Source: Deltaproteobacteria bacterium (GTDB taxonomy: Bacteria; Myxococcota_A; UBA796; UBA2385). From it: DNA of 41,071 bases. The stretch lies in contig CANHON010000001.1 of the NCBI GenBank assembly GCA_947462115.1, positions 1 to 41,071 of the forward strand, in the 5' to 3' direction. The notes under the pieces are model-generated. The model saw only the letters and a list, made by a program, of their open reading frames with translations. It searched no databases and was not told where the DNA came from. Position 1 is the stretch's first letter. Every line of letters starts with the position of its first letter. The position numbers and the translations under genes were made by a program. This document shows positions 39,152-41,071 of this stretch, piece by piece.

Positions 39152-39364
39152 TCCGCGGTCCGCAGGCCCCGAGGCGCGCCGGGCCGTGTGGCCCGCGGTC
39201 GGGTCGGTTAGCCGGGACGGCCGCCGACGACCCGCGGCCCGCGAGCCTGCGGAGGCGCGCGGCCCCGCGTCCACCATTGATCCGCCCCCGGCCCCGCGGC
39301 GTCGCCCGCCCACCGCCGCGGAGCGCTGCCACCCGGGCCCAGGCCCGGCCCCGCCGGAGTCGCC

Positions 39365-40942
39365 ATGCTCGAGACCATCTCCAAGGGCTTCCGAAACGCC
39401 CGCCTCAAGCTCCAAGGCAAGGCGGAGCTCACCGAAGACAACGTGAAGGGCGCGCTGCGCGATGTCCGGCTCAGCCTGCTCGAGGCGGACGTCGAGATTG
39501 GCGTGGTCAAGGCCTTCCTCGACCGGGTGCAGGAGCGGGCCTTCGGTGAGGTGGTGAACCTGAGCACCCCCGCCGACAGCTCGGCCTTCGGCCTGCCCGC
39601 CGGCTTCAAGGTCACCCCCGAGCAGCACTTCATCAAGATCTGCCACGACGAGCTGGTGTCGCTGATGGGTCCGGCCAGCCCGGGCCTGCTGCTCGACAAG
39701 AAGCCCGCGGTCATCATGATGGTCGGCCTTCAGGGCTCGGGCAAGACCACCACCGCCGGCAAGCTCGCCCGCCGCCTCAAGGCCCAGGGCAAGAAGTGCA
39801 TGCTGGTCGCGGCCGACATCTACCGGCCCGCGGCCATCAACCAGCTCACCACCCTCGGCATGAAGCTCGGCATCACGGTCTTTAGCATCAAGGGCATGAA
39901 GCCCGTGGACCTGTGCGTGACCGCGCTCGCTCAGGCCAAGGCGGTGGGCGTGGACGTGGTCATCTTCGACACGGCCGGCCGCCTCGCCCTCGACAACGAG
40001 CTGATGGTCGAGCTGGAGCAGATCAAGGCCCGCACCAACCCCGACAACGTCCTGTTCGTCTGTGACGCCATGATCGGCCAGGACGCGGTGCGCACCGCCG
40101 CCGAATTCGACCGGCGCCTCGACTTTAGCGGCTTCATCCTCACCAAGCTCGACGGCGACGCGCGCGGCGGCGCGGCCCTCAGCATCAAGCACATCACCGG
40201 CAAGCCCATCCAGTTCCTCGGCATGGGCGAGACGATGGACAAGCTCGACGAGTTCCGGCCCGAGGGCCTCGCCGACCGCATCCTCGGCTTCGGCGACGTC
40301 GTCGGCTTGATGAAGGACTTCGAGCAGGTCGTCGACGAGAAGACCGCCGAAAAAGACGCCGCCAAGATGCTTCAGGGCAACTTCAGCTACGGCGACTTCT
40401 ACAAGCAGATCCAGATGATCAAGAAGATGGGCAGCCTTCGGTCGATCATGGAGAAGCTGCCGGGCATGGAGGAGATCCTGAGCCAGGTGCCGCCCGAGGC
40501 CCTCGACGACCGCGAGCTCGTCAAGGTCGAGGCGATCATCCAGTCGATGACCAAGAAGGAGCGCGAGCAGCCCGATGTGCTGGATGTGTCCCGCATGACC
40601 CGCATCGCCCGGGGCGCAGGCACGACGGTGGAGGCGGTCGAGGGCCTGCAGGAGCGCTTCCTCCAGACCCGCCAGATGATGTCGGCGATCGGCAGCAGCG
40701 GTATGTTCGGCGGCTTTCCCGGCATGGGCGGGGGCGGCGGTCGCCCCAACCCGTTTCAGGTGAGCCGCGCGGCCCGGCGCCGGGGCGTGACCCAAAATCA
40801 GACCCCCTTCGGCGCCATGCCGGCCCTGCCCGCGCCCGCCGCGGAGGCGGCCCCCCAGAGCGCCGCAGAGCGCGCCCGCGAGGCCGCCGAGCGCCGCGCC
40901 CGCCAGAAAGAGAAGCGCGACGCCCGCAAAGATCGCGACTGA
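39365..40942 (+). CDS. ffh: signal recognition particle protein Ffh (SRP54)
   Basis: 525 aa. The GTPase blocks are MMVGLQGSGKTTTAGKLA, DTAGR and TKLDGDARGGAALS. The M-domain block is GDFYKQIQMIKKMGSL. The protein has an N-domain insert and a long basic C-terminal tail. Confidence 0.95.
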   Translation: MLETISKGFRNARLKLQGKAELTEDNVKGALRDVRLSLLEADVEIGVVKAFLDRVQERAFGEVVNLSTPADSSAFGLPAGFKVTPEQHFIKICHDELVSLMGPASPGLLLDKKPAVIMMVGLQGSGKTTTAGKLARRLKAQGKKCMLVAADIYRPAAINQLTTLGMKLGITVFSIKGMKPVDLCVTALAQAKAVGVDVVIFDTAGRLALDNELMVELEQIKARTNPDNVLFVCDAMIGQDAVRTAAEFDRRLDFSGFILTKLDGDARGGAALSIKHITGKPIQFLGMGETMDKLDEFRPEGLADRILGFGDVVGLMKDFEQVVDEKTAEKDAAKMLQGNFSYGDFYKQIQMIKKMGSLRSIMEKLPGMEEILSQVPPEALDDRELVKVEAIIQSMTKKEREQPDVLDVSRMTRIARGAGTTVEAVEGLQERFLQTRQMMSAIGSSGMFGGFPGMGGGGGRPNPFQVSRAARRRGVTQNQTPFGAMPALPAPAAEAAPQSAAERAREAAERRARQKEKRDARKDRD

Positions 40943-40981
40943 GCGGAGCTTCCGGGGATCGCGCGCCGGCGGGGCCCACCG

Positions 40982-41007
40982 GGCGCCACGGGGCTCAAGG
41001 TGGCGCC
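40982..41007 (+). terminator. 8-bp perfect hairpin 40 nt after the ffh stop (weak terminator candidate, no T-tract)
   Basis: GGCGCCAC (40982-40989), a 10-nt loop ggggctcaag, then GTGGCGCC (41000-41007). Confidence 0.3.
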
Positions 41008-41071
41008 GGCGGGGTCGATAGAGCCGCCGGGAGGCGAACCCAGTGCTCCGTTACGACCAAGAGTCCATCCG

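Noticed and set aside
41020-41071. Two readings of the window end: a possible tRNA 3' half on the minus strand (gggttcgcctccc resembles a T-arm), or a new gene starting at GTG 41043 after GGGAGG.
   Set aside because: The putative T-loop (TTCGCCT) lacks the conserved A58 and I could not fold an anticodon arm. Only 29 nt of the candidate ORF are visible (VLRYDQESI), which does not match rpsP, the usual gene after ffh. That is too little sequence to call either.

Overview
This is a 41,071-bp, roughly 70% GC bacterial chromosomal segment in which real coding frames have GC-saturated third codon positions. The gene content includes many lipobox lipoproteins, a 35-Cys secreted protein, a Ser/Thr-kinase-like protein with an FGE-type ectodomain, a large che operon and an ArsR-methyltransferase regulator next to metH. 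This suggests a myxobacterium (Myxococcota, perhaps a marine Nannocystineae/Haliangium-like lineage), but that assignment is inference only. I call 36 protein-coding genes (one partial and absent from the supplied track). I find no rRNA/tRNA, no CRISPR, and no transposase, integrase or phage genes. Many of the longest ORFs in the six-frame track are stop-free 'shadow' frames antisense to real genes, or 5' extensions of real genes; I rejected those. Layout, left to right: (1) minus-strand array of sulfotransferase, sulfotransferase, amidinotransferase-fold enzyme and M13 peptidase; (2) QueG-like Fe-S protein, GreA-like factor, secreted YbjN-like protein; (3) sahR-like regulator ATGA-coupled to metH, then yebC; (4) kinase-like/FGE protein, lipase-like hydrolase, lipoprotein; (5) minus-strand yicC-DUF2400-gmk-rel; (6) PKD lipoprotein, alpha/beta hydrolase, fadN-fadA; (7) cheA-W-R-B-D-Y-X-like plus one orphan ORF, with no receptor gene; (8) large lipoprotein, mazG-fxsA, VWA lipoprotein plus Cys-rich lipoprotein, TPR protein, ffh. 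The window is mostly core or housekeeping, and I see no clear defence or mobile system. The best candidates for something undescribed are: the translationally coupled double-sulfotransferase/guanidino-modifying operon; the receptor-less che operon, whose CheA carries a tandem T2SSE_N/MshEN-like motif in place of P2; an HRN (HER3-like) pseudokinase with an FGE ectodomain; and a DUF2400 protein with an EndoIII-like Cys loop inside the yicC-gmk-rel operon. All family calls rest on motif recognition by eye. No database search was run, and start codons are best guesses.
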